The notes under the pieces are model-generated. The model had not been told where the DNA came from, did not search any database, and worked only from the letters and a program-made list of their open reading frames with translations. Below are positions 20,222 to 30,032 of a DNA stretch of 64,000 bases, piece by piece (within the stretch, counting starts at the first letter, position 1; the number at the start of each line of letters is the position of its first letter). This DNA comes from Candidatus Bathyarchaeia archaeon (GTDB lineage: Archaea > Thermoproteota > Bathyarchaeia > Bathyarchaeales > Bathycorpusculaceae), in NCBI GenBank assembly GCA_037481775.1, contig JBBFKZ010000001.1:179378-243377 (forward strand), read 5' to 3'. A program made the translations under genes and the position numbers.

Positions 20222-21424
20222 GTGGTGCGCATAAAAATTACAGAACGAGCAAAATCTGTTGAATACGCAATACGTGACGTAGTAGTTAACGCCGGATCCT
20301 TAGCAACTACCGGTAGAAAAATTTTCTACCTAAACATAGGTGATCCTGTAGCGTTTGATTTTCCCACGCCTCCGCATATCAAACAAGCTCTTTGTGAGGC
20401 TGTCCAGTCTGAAAAGAACTATTATGCGCCTTCAGAAGGGCTGCTTGAGCTGAGGCAGGCAATTGCTGAAAAAGAAAAAAAAGTCAATGGCGTAGACATA
20501 ACTGCAGAAAATGTTCTAGTTACCGCAGGAGTCTCAGAAGGAATCCGTATGGTTATATCGGCGCTGATAGAGAAAGGCGATGAAATTCTTGTTCCCGGAC
20601 CCGCGTATCCGCCGTATATCTCCTATGCGAAGGCGTATTATGGAAAGCCAGTCACTTACGAAACAGTAGAGGAAGAAAACTGGCAGCCGAACATTGACGA
20701 TTTGCGGAGGAAAATTTCGAAGAAGACACGGGCGATAGTGATAATCAATCCAAATAATCCCACAGGCGCGCTTTACAGGAGAAAGGTTGTCAAGCAAATA
20801 TTAGACATAGCTGGCGAGCATGATCTGCTGGTTTTGTCAGATGAAATTTACGATCAGATACGATACGTTGAAGAGTGCGAAAGCACCGCGCATTTAGCCA
20901 AAGACTTACCCGTAGTAGGCTTGAATGGCTTCTCAAAAGTGTACCTCATGACGGGCTGGCGGCTTGGCTACATATACTTCCATGAGCAAAACGGCGAGTT
21001 ACAGGAGCTGAAGGAAAGCATAGAAAAAGAGCAGCGCATCCGAATCTGCGCTAATACCCCCGTCCAAGTTGCGGGAGTTGCCGCGCTGAAGGGCCCGCAG
21101 GATCATGTGAAAGATCTCGTTGAAAGGCTTAGAGTTAGACGAGACTACGCATGGAAGAGGCTGAATGAAATCGAAGGAATAAGCTGCGCGAAACCTGAGG
21201 GTGCCTTCTACGTGTTTCCGAAGATTCACGGTGTCGGCGCAAGGTGGAAGACAGACATGGAGTTTGCCATCGAACTCTTAAAAGAAACAGGTGTTCTGCT
21301 AGTGCATGGTTCAGGCTTTGACCCCGCCTATGGCGCTGGGCATGTTCGAATGGTGTTCCTTCCTCCAATTGAGACGCTGGAGCAAGCCTTCAACGCGATA
21401 GAACGCTTCATGAAAAAGAAGTAG
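20222..21424 (+). CDS. Class I/II PLP aminotransferase (alanine aminotransferase-like)
   Basis: YAIRD, LNIGDP, NPNNPTG, DEIY and SKVYLMTGWRLG motifs. Confidence 0.92.
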   Translation: MVRIKITERAKSVEYAIRDVVVNAGSLATTGRKIFYLNIGDPVAFDFPTPPHIKQALCEAVQSEKNYYAPSEGLLELRQAIAEKEKKVNGVDITAENVLVTAGVSEGIRMVISALIEKGDEILVPGPAYPPYISYAKAYYGKPVTYETVEEENWQPNIDDLRRKISKKTRAIVIINPNNPTGALYRRKVVKQILDIAGEHDLLVLSDEIYDQIRYVEECESTAHLAKDLPVVGLNGFSKVYLMTGWRLGYIYFHEQNGELQELKESIEKEQRIRICANTPVQVAGVAALKGPQDHVKDLVERLRVRRDYAWKRLNEIEGISCAKPEGAFYVFPKIHGVGARWKTDMEFAIELLKETGVLLVHGSGFDPAYGAGHVRMVFLPPIETLEQAFNAIERFMKKK

Positions 21425-21455
21425 CCCGAAAAGCCTCTAATGTCCTGCTTCGGGT

Positions 21456-22355
21456 TTATTGGTAAATTGGCACTCCCTCGGCGGGGTCGGCGATTGCCTT
21501 CTGGAAGGCATCCATCAGCCTTTTCGTAACTGGCCCGGGTTTTCCTTCGCCTATTTGCCGCTTGTTCACTTCCCTTATGGGCACAATCTCCGCTGCAGTG
21601 CCAGTGAAGAATGCCTCATCGGCGGTGAACAACTGGAAAGGCGTAATATTGCATTCGGTTACTTCGTATCCTAAGGTTCTGGCAAGCTTGATCACAAACT
21701 GCGCTGTGATGCCTGCTAATGCGCCTGTAGTGCTTGGCGGAGTAAAGATTTTCCCGTCCTTGACTATGAATAGGTTTTCACCTACTCCTTCGGCTATGAC
21801 GCCGTTTTTGTCTAAGCAAATCGCTTCGTCAGCGCCACTTGCAGTAGCCTCTATTTTGCCCAGCACGCTGTTAAGGTAGTTTAGCGATTTTATCTCATGT
21901 GTGGAGGCGTCCACGGGGTTTCTTCTGACCCAGCTTATCATAGTGGAGATGCCCTTTTCTTTTGCTTCCTTCGACATTATGGAAATCGAGTCAGTTATGA
22001 TAATCACAGAAGGCTTGGGGCACTTCCGCGGATCCAAGCCAAGGTCACCTACTCCTCTAGTAACTACAAGGCGTATGTACGCGTCTCTCAGCTTATTTCT
22101 GCGCAGCGTTTCAACAACGGCTTGTATCATTTCCTCTTTTGTTAAAGGTATTTTGAGCATGATGGCATGGGCTGAGCGGTACAAGCGGTCAATGTGCTCT
22201 TTTAGTTTGAAGACGACGCCGTTGTAGGCGCGGATGCCTTCAAAAACTCCGTCGCCGTATAGTAGGCCGTGATCGTAGACAGAGATCTTGGCCTGAGATT
22301 TCGGATAGTATGCGCCGTCTATGTAGACTTGCAGCTCTTTTTCCATGGCTTTCAC
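21456..22355 (-). CDS. ilvE: Branched-chain amino acid aminotransferase
   Basis: YGDGVFEG, KSLNY, LAGIT and FFTGTAAE motifs. Confidence 0.95.
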   Translation of the reverse strand: MKAMEKELQVYIDGAYYPKSQAKISVYDHGLLYGDGVFEGIRAYNGVVFKLKEHIDRLYRSAHAIMLKIPLTKEEMIQAVVETLRRNKLRDAYIRLVVTRGVGDLGLDPRKCPKPSVIIITDSISIMSKEAKEKGISTMISWVRRNPVDASTHEIKSLNYLNSVLGKIEATASGADEAICLDKNGVIAEGVGENLFIVKDGKIFTPPSTTGALAGITAQFVIKLARTLGYEVTECNITPFQLFTADEAFFTGTAAEIVPIREVNKRQIGEGKPGPVTKRLMDAFQKAIADPAEGVPIYQ

Positions 22356-22426
22356 TTCGATATTGGCGCTTTTATTGTAAACATTGTTTGATATATTTTT
22401 TGGCCGTGATCTATATGCTTCATATA

Positions 22427-24304
22427 TCAGCCGTAGAATTGCGGTCTTTTGGAGAGTTGCATAGGCAAGGGCAACGGCTTAAACGGCTTGCCCTGCAGCT
22501 TATCGACGATTTTTGTTATCAACTCGTCTAGCTTTAGAGTTTGCACTTTACCGTGGGCTTCTCGGTCTCGCACTGCGAGAACGCCTGATTCGAGTTCTCG
22601 TTGACCCACAACGATGATGTAGGGAACCCATTCCATCTCTGCCTCGCGGATTTTCTTCTGCAGCGTGAACGCTCTGTCGTCAATGTCTACGCGTATATTG
22701 TGCTCAGCCATTTTGCGCGCGATTTCCTCAACTTTCTCTGTGAAGCTGTCTGAGATGGGTATTAACCGCACTTGTGTAGGCGCCAGCCACAGGGGCAGCA
22801 TGGGCAGTTTGCCGCTTTGCTGCTCGCGATAGGCTTTTTCCAGCAATGCATAAACACATCTTTCGATGGCGCCGCTGGGTGAGCAGTGCAGAATCAGCGG
22901 ATGCTGCTTTTGACCTTTCTCGTCAACGTAGGTTATCTCATATCTCTTCGCGTTTTCAACATCTATCTGATCGGTGGAAAGCGCTGCAGCCTTGTCCTGA
23001 TTATCCACGAAGTTGGCGTCCCATTTCAGCGTAAAGTAGAAGAAGCGTTCTGTCCACATTTCCACCAGCATGGGTTTGCCGAAGATTTTGGCCAAATCTG
23101 CAATGAAGTCCTTGTTTTCCTCGTAGAAGTCCTTTGTGAAGCGTATGGCAATTTCGTAATCCTCCTTTGACAAGCCGATGCTACTCAAAACGCTTATGCA
23201 AAGGTTAAAGCGCTTCTTAAACTCCTGCTTCGCCTGCTCCAAATCAGTGCAGAAAGCGTGGCAGTCTGGCATGGTGAATGCGCGTAGCCGCTTTAAGCCT
23301 ACGACCTCGCCGCTTTTCTCGCGTCTGAAACTGTAGCGGGTTAATTCGTAAACTTTAAGCGGCATCTGCTTGTAAGAGAACTGTGCATCATGCATCATCA
23401 AAAACTGACCGAAGCAAGCGGCGAACCTTAGGAAGAGTTCCTTGTCCTCTGTTTTCAGCAGGTACTGACGCGCGGGAAAACGATTCAAGTAATTCGCCAA
23501 GCTGGGATGATTGAAATCGTACATGACGGGTGTTTCCACTTCCATGGCGCCGTAGGCAATTATCTCTGAAGTCACAAACTGCTCAAGAAGAGATTTGATT
23601 AAACGCCCCTTTGGGTACCAGCGAATATTGCCGGGGTCACTGCCCTGTTCGTAATCAGCTATTTCCAACCGCTTCATCAAGGGCACATGCGGAGGCATCT
23701 GTTGGCTCGCGCGGACTTTTGAGATTTCATATTTGGCGAACTTTTCAAGATTCACATGCCCCTTGAAGTTGAAATCTTCGACTGGCGTAAGCTGGCCATC
23801 GGGCTTAAGAATGTGCCAATAAGACTTCAACTTCTCCTCAGCCTTTAACGCTTCAGAAACCTTTTCCTCCGGCTTGGCAGCGGTCTCAGCAGCTGAGGGC
23901 GCGTAGGAGCGGGCCTGCTCCGCCAGCGGATGCGCTTTGATGGAGATTGTGAACTGCTTATTCCATCCGAAAGGCGCGCGATAGGTTTCTATGCCCTTCT
24001 GCTTCGCGTAGGCTTCCATGGCCTTTATCACCTTTAGCGCTTCGGAAGGCTTGGACAGGTTGCTGCTTAAGTGCGCAAACGGGTAAATCAAGATTCGATT
24101 AACCTTAAGCTTCTCCAAGAAAACCGCAACATCGTCTATGGCTTTCTTCGCTAAAGCTGCATCGTCGCCTTCTTCGATGGCGGTAAAGAGCACAACGACT
24201 TCCTCAATGCGGTTTTCTTCCCTGCTGGCTTCTTCAGCCATAGCTATTTCTTTCTCAATAGGCTTGAACACAATGAAGTTGGAATGTAACTGGAGTATCC
24301 GCAT
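22427..24304 (-). CDS. thrS: Threonyl-tRNA synthetase, archaeal type with N-terminal editing domain
   Basis: MRILQLH start; YPFAHLS, APFGW, LRFAACFG, RLRAFTMPD and HCSPSG motifs. Confidence 0.97.
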   Translation of the reverse strand: MRILQLHSNFIVFKPIEKEIAMAEEASREENRIEEVVVLFTAIEEGDDAALAKKAIDDVAVFLEKLKVNRILIYPFAHLSSNLSKPSEALKVIKAMEAYAKQKGIETYRAPFGWNKQFTISIKAHPLAEQARSYAPSAAETAAKPEEKVSEALKAEEKLKSYWHILKPDGQLTPVEDFNFKGHVNLEKFAKYEISKVRASQQMPPHVPLMKRLEIADYEQGSDPGNIRWYPKGRLIKSLLEQFVTSEIIAYGAMEVETPVMYDFNHPSLANYLNRFPARQYLLKTEDKELFLRFAACFGQFLMMHDAQFSYKQMPLKVYELTRYSFRREKSGEVVGLKRLRAFTMPDCHAFCTDLEQAKQEFKKRFNLCISVLSSIGLSKEDYEIAIRFTKDFYEENKDFIADLAKIFGKPMLVEMWTERFFYFTLKWDANFVDNQDKAAALSTDQIDVENAKRYEITYVDEKGQKQHPLILHCSPSGAIERCVYALLEKAYREQQSGKLPMLPLWLAPTQVRLIPISDSFTEKVEEIARKMAEHNIRVDIDDRAFTLQKKIREAEMEWVPYIIVVGQRELESGVLAVRDREAHGKVQTLKLDELITKIVDKLQGKPFKPLPLPMQLSKRPQFYG

Positions 24305-24318
24305 GGGCTTGCTTTCTC

Positions 24319-24543
24319 CTAGGCGCTGAAACGCCACTTATCAATAGTTTTATCCTTTTTAGTCTTCTTCTTAAACTCCTTGTAATGCTCCCTGCAAAGA
24401 TAAACACGTTTCTCGCTGCTGCTGACGTTCAAGCCAGCAGACTTGGCCTTCTGAGCGGAAAGCGAGCGGACAGCCTCCCCGCTGCAGCCAGACACGCTGC
24501 ATTTGACTCCTTTGTCTATGCGTCCCACAGTTCTTGTCTCCAC
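24319..24543 (-). CDS. Small basic C3H Zn-finger protein
   Basis: CSVSGC...YLCREH; Lys-rich; tightly packed in the operon. True start may be GTG 24528. Confidence 0.8.
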   Translation of the reverse strand: METRTVGRIDKGVKCSVSGCSGEAVRSLSAQKAKSAGLNVSSSEKRVYLCREHYKEFKKKTKKDKTIDKWRFSA

Positions 24544-24568
24544 ACAGCTTTACGCACTACAATAGACA

Positions 24569-25495
24569 TCATTGCTTAATTCCTTTTTCATAAATGCCGC
24601 GTGCTCTCTCATAAATTTCCTCTTTCTCGCCGAAGAACGTCGGCCCCACGCCTTCAACGACCAGCGACGCTGCGGCGGCACCCACGCAAGCGCACCATAC
24701 TGGGTCTTTCTGGTGGATGTACTCTGCTAAGAAGCCGCCTATGAACGTATCTCCTGCGCCTGTAGGGTCAATTGCCCTTCTGGAACGGCATGCTGGAATA
24801 GTATATTGCGCTCCGTTCTTGGAAAGCACAGCGCCTTTAGCGCCTAACGTAACAATGACTGTTTTAACGCCAAAGTCATGAACCGTTTTTATAGCTGATT
24901 TCAAGTCCGCACGCGCCGTCAACGCGCTGATTTCATCCTGAGAAGATTTGTAGATGTCAACGAGGCTGAGCACATCAGGGTCCAATTGCGCCTGTAGCGT
25001 TACAGCGCCTGCCGCGTCGAAACTGCGTAGTAAACCCTGTGGATCAAGGGATAAAATCTCCGCAGAAGCTCTTAACCGCTCCATCACCTCATATGAGACT
25101 TCGCCTGCGACCGGCGCGATGTGGACTGCTTTGGCGTACAGAAACCGCGGTAAATCGCATACATCCAGCGCAGAAGCTTTGCTTGTTAATTTCAGCATTC
25201 TGCCTGCCAAATCGCTGCTGTATTCGAGTTTAAACCGTGTTGTCTGCTCCTCAGCGCGTTTCGTAACACTGGACAGATCTATGCCCTCGGCGCCAAGCCA
25301 CCACATGTAAGCCTCTGGAAAATCTCCGCCTACCTTCGAGATAACGGAAACCGCTGCACCTAGCTGTCTCGCGGCAAGCGAAACATATGCTGCGGCTCCG
25401 CCTAAAATGGTAAAAGGGCGACAGTGACTTGGCAGGTGAATGGTGTCTATAGTGAAATGCCCAACTACTGTAACGTCAGAAGCATGGAGTGCCAT
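24569..25495 (-). CDS. PfkB family carbohydrate/nucleoside kinase
   Basis: GGAAAY, LDPQG, VTLGAKG and DPTGAGD motifs. Confidence 0.92.
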   Translation of the reverse strand: MALHASDVTVVGHFTIDTIHLPSHCRPFTILGGAAAYVSLAARQLGAAVSVISKVGGDFPEAYMWWLGAEGIDLSSVTKRAEEQTTRFKLEYSSDLAGRMLKLTSKASALDVCDLPRFLYAKAVHIAPVAGEVSYEVMERLRASAEILSLDPQGLLRSFDAAGAVTLQAQLDPDVLSLVDIYKSSQDEISALTARADLKSAIKTVHDFGVKTVIVTLGAKGAVLSKNGAQYTIPACRSRRAIDPTGAGDTFIGGFLAEYIHQKDPVWCACVGAAAASLVVEGVGPTFFGEKEEIYERARGIYEKGIKQ

Positions 25496-25626
25496 CTAAC
25501 CCCTCTTCTAGAAAACACGTATGGCGCATGTGCTATATAGGAATGCTTGAACCCAGAAGCGTATTTTTAGCCACGTTTACGCTGTGAGCCACAAGCGACG
25601 TGCCTTATGCGAAGCAGGATGAAAAA

Positions 25627-25989
25627 TTATGATTGAAGCAGCAATATTGCTTTCGCCAAGTCGCCTTCACATTCTTCCAGCGCTTTCCGAGCTTCTTCTA
25701 TGCTTTTTCCCGTCTGGTCAGCCACAAGCTTAACGTCTTCTTCAGACACAACGAACCCTGATGCACTGGCAACGGCACGTTCAGGCGCTTTTTCCGTGAC
25801 TTTTCCGCCGATGATCTGAAAAATTTTCTGCCCTTGCATCTCAAGAATCGCCACTTCAGGCTGCTCAATCGTTATCTCCTTGCTGCTTGTTTTTATGATA
25901 ACCTGCTCCACATCTGGGACAGCGTCCATATTCATGCCCAAGCGCTGCATCATGCGTCTTGTCTCTCGAGGGCTCATACGTTTATGCAT
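25627..25989 (-). CDS. nac: Nascent polypeptide-associated complex protein
   Basis: RRMMQRLG NAC domain plus UBA-like EEDVKLV...GDLAKAI. Confidence 0.95.
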   Translation of the reverse strand: MHKRMSPRETRRMMQRLGMNMDAVPDVEQVIIKTSSKEITIEQPEVAILEMQGQKIFQIIGGKVTEKAPERAVASASGFVVSEEDVKLVADQTGKSIEEARKALEECEGDLAKAILLLQS

Positions 25990-26033
25990 AGGAACCGCAT
26001 CCACAAACTATTCTGCGGTAGCGCCTCATATAC

Positions 26034-26504
26034 TTAACTTTCCTTGGCGCTTCCATGCCTAACCTTCACGGCGACTCCTGTCTTAAACGCCCTCATCTCA
26101 GCGCTTGACAACAAAGCGCGGCCAACAGCCAAAACCCGATTATCCTCATCGACGACTATTACTTCGTCCTTGGCGTGGACAGCGTCATCCACCTTAACTA
26201 CATGTGCTGCAAAAACGTCGCCGCCGTCGGCCACGAACTCGGAAACGTCTCTTCTTACAGTAACAAAGCAGCGGGCGAAAGCTGCGTTTTCAACAATTAA
26301 TTTAGCTGCTGTTATGCTTAAGGATAGCAAGCCGTCAGTGGGGCGGATAGTTGCGAGTCTCTTGCCATTTAAATTAACGTAGCGTATTCTGCCCGTGGCT
26401 TTCGAGTACATTACCTCAACGCTCTCCGGAAATAGTTTCGCGCCTACTCCTTTTCCGAACTGGTAATCCGCTATGCTTCTGAGCTGCTGTAACTCGTTGC
26501 GCAT
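26034..26504 (-). CDS. PUA-domain protein (archaeosine tRNA-guanine transglycosylase C-terminal-like)
   Basis: IADYQFG, TGRIR, VFAAHV, DEVIVV and GVAVKVRHG motifs. Start moved downstream of the divergent-gene overlap. Confidence 0.88.
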   Translation of the reverse strand: MRNELQQLRSIADYQFGKGVGAKLFPESVEVMYSKATGRIRYVNLNGKRLATIRPTDGLLSLSITAAKLIVENAAFARCFVTVRRDVSEFVADGGDVFAAHVVKVDDAVHAKDEVIVVDEDNRVLAVGRALLSSAEMRAFKTGVAVKVRHGSAKES

Positions 26505-26583
26505 TTCTATTCGCCATTGCGCCATTTTGTTTCGACAACTATAAACATCACCAAATAATAAAAACAGTATAGGTGAAGAACCA

Positions 26584-27114
26584 GTGCGATGCGAAGTCTG
26601 CGGCCGCAAAATTCACGGCACACCAATCAATGCTGTAATCGAAGGCGCTAAGCTAATGGTGTGTGCTGAATGCTCAAAACACGGAAAAATAATCAGCGAA
26701 GAAGAGGCCGACTTAAGGCAACAGCAACTTAAAAAGCCTTCACCGGCCACGCCGCTGGTGCAGAAAAAGAAGGTCGCGCCGGCCTCAGTTGAAATCACTC
26801 AGGAGGTTGTGGAAGGCTATCATGTCAAGATAAGGCAGGCGCGAGAGAAGCTGGGGCTTTCCCATGAGGAACTGGGCAAGAAGATAAATGAGAAGGCATC
26901 TGTTTTAAGCAAGATTGAAACTGGAAAAATGGCGCCTGACAACGTTCTAGCCGCCAAGCTTGAGCATGCCTTGAAAATCAAGCTGCTTGTTCCAGTCAAA
27001 GATGAGGTTGCGCCTACAATGCTAAAGGCACCGAACCGCGAGACAACTCTAGGCGACCTTATAGAGCTAAACAAGAAAAGCGCGGAGGAATCCACAGAAC
27101 GAAAGCAATCATAG
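26584..27114 (+). CDS. mbf1: Archaeal multiprotein bridging factor 1 (Zn ribbon plus HTH)
   Basis: CEVCG...VCAEC; Cro-type HTH (IRQAREKLGLS); TLGD motif. Confidence 0.95.
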   Translation: MRCEVCGRKIHGTPINAVIEGAKLMVCAECSKHGKIISEEEADLRQQQLKKPSPATPLVQKKKVAPASVEITQEVVEGYHVKIRQAREKLGLSHEELGKKINEKASVLSKIETGKMAPDNVLAAKLEHALKIKLLVPVKDEVAPTMLKAPNRETTLGDLIELNKKSAEESTERKQS

Positions 27115-28370
27115 TGCAGCGACGCTTAAGTCACGAACCCTCAAGTTTAGAAGAACTTAAAAAACTCGCGGAAGCAGCTGGCTACACTGTCGTCGCAGAA
27201 ATAGAGCAACTGCGCGAGCCTGACGCCCGTTACCAGATAGGCGCCGGAAAAGTGGAAGAACTCGCGCGTCTCGTCAAGGAAACCGCTGCCGAAAAAATAA
27301 TTTTTGACAATACGCTTAGAACAGTCCAAGCTTACAATTTAGCGAAAGCCACCGGCGTCGAAGCCATCGATCGTTTCAAGCTTATTCTTGAAATCTTCAC
27401 GAAAAGAGCCACGACTACTGAAGCAAAACTGCAGATTCAGCTGGCGACGCTGCAGTATGAGCTTGCGCATGCTAAGGAGCGGGTAAGACTAGCTAAGCTG
27501 AAAGAGCAGCCGGGATTCATGGGGCTCGGCGCCTATGAAGCAGACGTTTACTACGAAGCCGTAAAAAGGCAGGTGCACACTATCCAGCGTAAACTCCGTA
27601 AAATACGAGAGAAACGGTTTCTGCACCGAGAAAGAAGAACCGAATTAGGTTTTTCCACAATTTCCTTAGCTGGATACACAAACGCCGGAAAAAGCTCATT
27701 ATTCAACGCTTTAACAGAAGAAACAACCCATGTAGGAAACGCACTGTTCACGACGCTCTCAACAACAACACGGCTTGTCGAGGTTTCAAAGAGAAAGTTC
27801 TTGTTAACCGACACCGTCGGCTTCATAGATCGCTTGCCCTTGACATTAATAGAAGCTTTCCATTCAACCCTTGAAGAAACCATTTACTCCGACCTCATAA
27901 TACTGGTGCTGGACTTAAGCGAACCAATAGAAACAATCGAAAAGAAAAACAACATCTGCCTAGAAACAATCGATCACATCGGCGCAACAGGCATACCCAT
28001 CATCACAGCGCTAAACAAAATCGACCTGTTAACTGAGGCTGAAGCTAAACAGAAATTCGACGCGCTAAAGGACAAAACGAAGAACCCAATTCTTGTGTCG
28101 GCACTACATCGGATAAATCTCGACCAGGTAAAGAAGGCGATACTGGAAAAACTGGAAGATTATGTGCAAGCATCTCTTTCTGTGCCGTTAACGCCTCAAA
28201 CCATGCCCATAGTTTCTTGGGTTCACGAAAAAGCAGACGTAAAAAAAGCAAACTTCATGAATGATTCTGTAGAATTAATTTTTGAGGCAAAGCCTCTATT
28301 CGCTGAAAAAGTAAAAAAACGCGTGGAAGCTCTCAATGGAAAATTCGAGCAATTCTACAAATCCCAATAG
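27114..28370 (+). CDS. hflX: Ribosome-splitting GTPase HflX
   Basis: GYTNAGKS, LFTTL, DTVGFI and NKID motifs. True start is possibly about 15 nt upstream (see findings). Confidence 0.96.
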   Translation: MQRRLSHEPSSLEELKKLAEAAGYTVVAEIEQLREPDARYQIGAGKVEELARLVKETAAEKIIFDNTLRTVQAYNLAKATGVEAIDRFKLILEIFTKRATTTEAKLQIQLATLQYELAHAKERVRLAKLKEQPGFMGLGAYEADVYYEAVKRQVHTIQRKLRKIREKRFLHRERRTELGFSTISLAGYTNAGKSSLFNALTEETTHVGNALFTTLSTTTRLVEVSKRKFLLTDTVGFIDRLPLTLIEAFHSTLEETIYSDLIILVLDLSEPIETIEKKNNICLETIDHIGATGIPIITALNKIDLLTEAEAKQKFDALKDKTKNPILVSALHRINLDQVKKAILEKLEDYVQASLSVPLTPQTMPIVSWVHEKADVKKANFMNDSVELIFEAKPLFAEKVKKRVEALNGKFEQFYKSQ

Positions 28371-28929
28371 CACCGAAAAGCAATCGCAGGAAATCGTTGT
28401 ATTAAGATGGGGCCATAGACCACAGAGAGATGCACGCCTTACAACGCATGTAGCACTAACCGCACGGGCGCTGGGCGCTTCCGGGCTTCTGCTCTCCGAC
28501 ACGACGGACGAAAAAATAAAGGCAACCGTAGAAAAGATCACACGAAACTGGGGTGGAAGCTTCTTTTTTGAAATGGGCATACCCTGGAAAAAGGCGGTAA
28601 GCGCTTGGAAAGCTAAAGGCGGCATAGTTGTTCACTTAACAGTTTACGGAGAAAACATACAAACAAGCGATGTTCTTAAAAGAATTCGAAAATCGGGTAA
28701 GCCCATCATGGTGCTTGTTGGAAGCCAAAAGGTTCCCAGAGAATTTTATTCAAAAGACGTTTCTGACTTCAACATTGCCATCGGAAATCAACCGCACTCA
28801 GAATGTGCAGCGCTTGCAGTTTTCCTAGATCGCTTTTTTGAAGGAAAAGAACTAGCCAGAGACCTTGCAGAAGCAAGAATAACTGTGGTGCCTCAAAAAA
28901 GAGGTAAAAAAACAATAGTTAAACGTTGA
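28336..28929 (+). CDS. trm56: tRNA (cytidine(56)-2'-O)-methyltransferase
   Basis: RWGHRPQRDARLTTHV, HLTVYG and NQPHSE motifs. Confidence 0.96.
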   Translation: MENSSNSTNPNSTEKQSQEIVVLRWGHRPQRDARLTTHVALTARALGASGLLLSDTTDEKIKATVEKITRNWGGSFFFEMGIPWKKAVSAWKAKGGIVVHLTVYGENIQTSDVLKRIRKSGKPIMVLVGSQKVPREFYSKDVSDFNIAIGNQPHSECAALAVFLDRFFEGKELARDLAEARITVVPQKRGKKTIVKR

Positions 28930-28996
28930 TTATTGCTTGAAACGTGAATAAGAGTTTTATTGTAGCATCGTACTAATTATAGTAGGAAAACGGCCT

Positions 28997-29509
28997 ATGT
29001 TATCAACTGTTGATGATGCAATGTTAATAAAAGTTGCAACGGCGCTGGGCGATGAAGACGCCGTGAAACTAATTGAGCATCTAAAAAGTGTAGACGAGAT
29101 TACAGATGATGAAATCGCTAACAAAACAGGCATCCGACTAAACATAGTGCGCAAAATTCTCTACAAGCTTTATGACCACTCGCTCGTAAGTTTAAGAAGA
29201 ACTCGAGATCCCAAAACAGGCTGGTTCATCTTCCACTGGAAACTACAGCCAGACCAGCTTGAAGGCTTCATTTTAAGCCAAAAACGCCGCGTTCTGGAGA
29301 AGCTGAGCATTAGGCTGGAATATGAGAAAAACCATGACTTTTATTATTGTAACACCGAAGGCTGCAAACGAATCCCATTCGAGGAAGCCGTGGAACTAGT
29401 TTTTCACTGCCCAACCTGCGGCAAACCATTAGTGCATTATGCAAATGAAAAACTTGTGCAAAATTTGTCAGAGAAAGTTGAGCTGTTGAGGAAGGAACTG
29501 GGTGAGTGA
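28997..29509 (+). CDS. tfe: Transcription factor E (TFIIE-alpha)
   Basis: wHTH TDDEIA...VRKILYKL, GWFIFHW, and Zn ribbon FHCPTCG. Confidence 0.96.
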   Translation: MLSTVDDAMLIKVATALGDEDAVKLIEHLKSVDEITDDEIANKTGIRLNIVRKILYKLYDHSLVSLRRTRDPKTGWFIFHWKLQPDQLEGFILSQKRRVLEKLSIRLEYEKNHDFYYCNTEGCKRIPFEEAVELVFHCPTCGKPLVHYANEKLVQNLSEKVELLRKELGE

Positions 29510-30032
29510 AAAGCTTCCAACAAGGGAGCAAGCCCTACGGATTCTCCAAGAATATAAATGCTCCCCCGAAGTTATAGAACATTGCAAAGCAGTTTCCAAG
29601 CTTGCACTGGAAACAGCACATGCACTCAAAAGAAAAGGCTTCAACATTGACATGACACTGGTGGAAATAGGAGCTCTACTCCACGATATAGGCCGCTCTG
29701 TAACCCACACCGTTCATCACGCAGTCATCGGCGCTGACTTAGCGGAAAAAGCAAACCTCCCTAACTCAGTAATTTCTATAATTAAACGGCATGTCGGCGG
29801 AGGAATAACCGCGGACGAAGCAGAAGCCTTAGACTGGCCAAGAGATGTTTATGTGCCAGTTACCCTCGAGGAAAAGATAGTTGCATACGCTGACAAGCTA
29901 ATTGAACGCGCTGATGTTGCGCCCATAGAAGTAACCATCGAGAAACTTCGCCGAGAAGGGAAGCATGAAGCGGCTGAGAGGGTTCGCAAACTTTACGATG
30001 AAATAACAAGCCTCATGGGCGGCGATCCATGA
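29502..30032 (+). CDS. HD-domain metal-dependent phosphohydrolase (TIGR00295-like)
   Basis: LLHDIGR, RHVGGGI and EEKIVAYADK motifs; follows tfe as in the conserved archaeal order. Confidence 0.9.
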   Translation: MSEKLPTREQALRILQEYKCSPEVIEHCKAVSKLALETAHALKRKGFNIDMTLVEIGALLHDIGRSVTHTVHHAVIGADLAEKANLPNSVISIIKRHVGGGITADEAEALDWPRDVYVPVTLEEKIVAYADKLIERADVAPIEVTIEKLRREGKHEAAERVRKLYDEITSLMGGDP

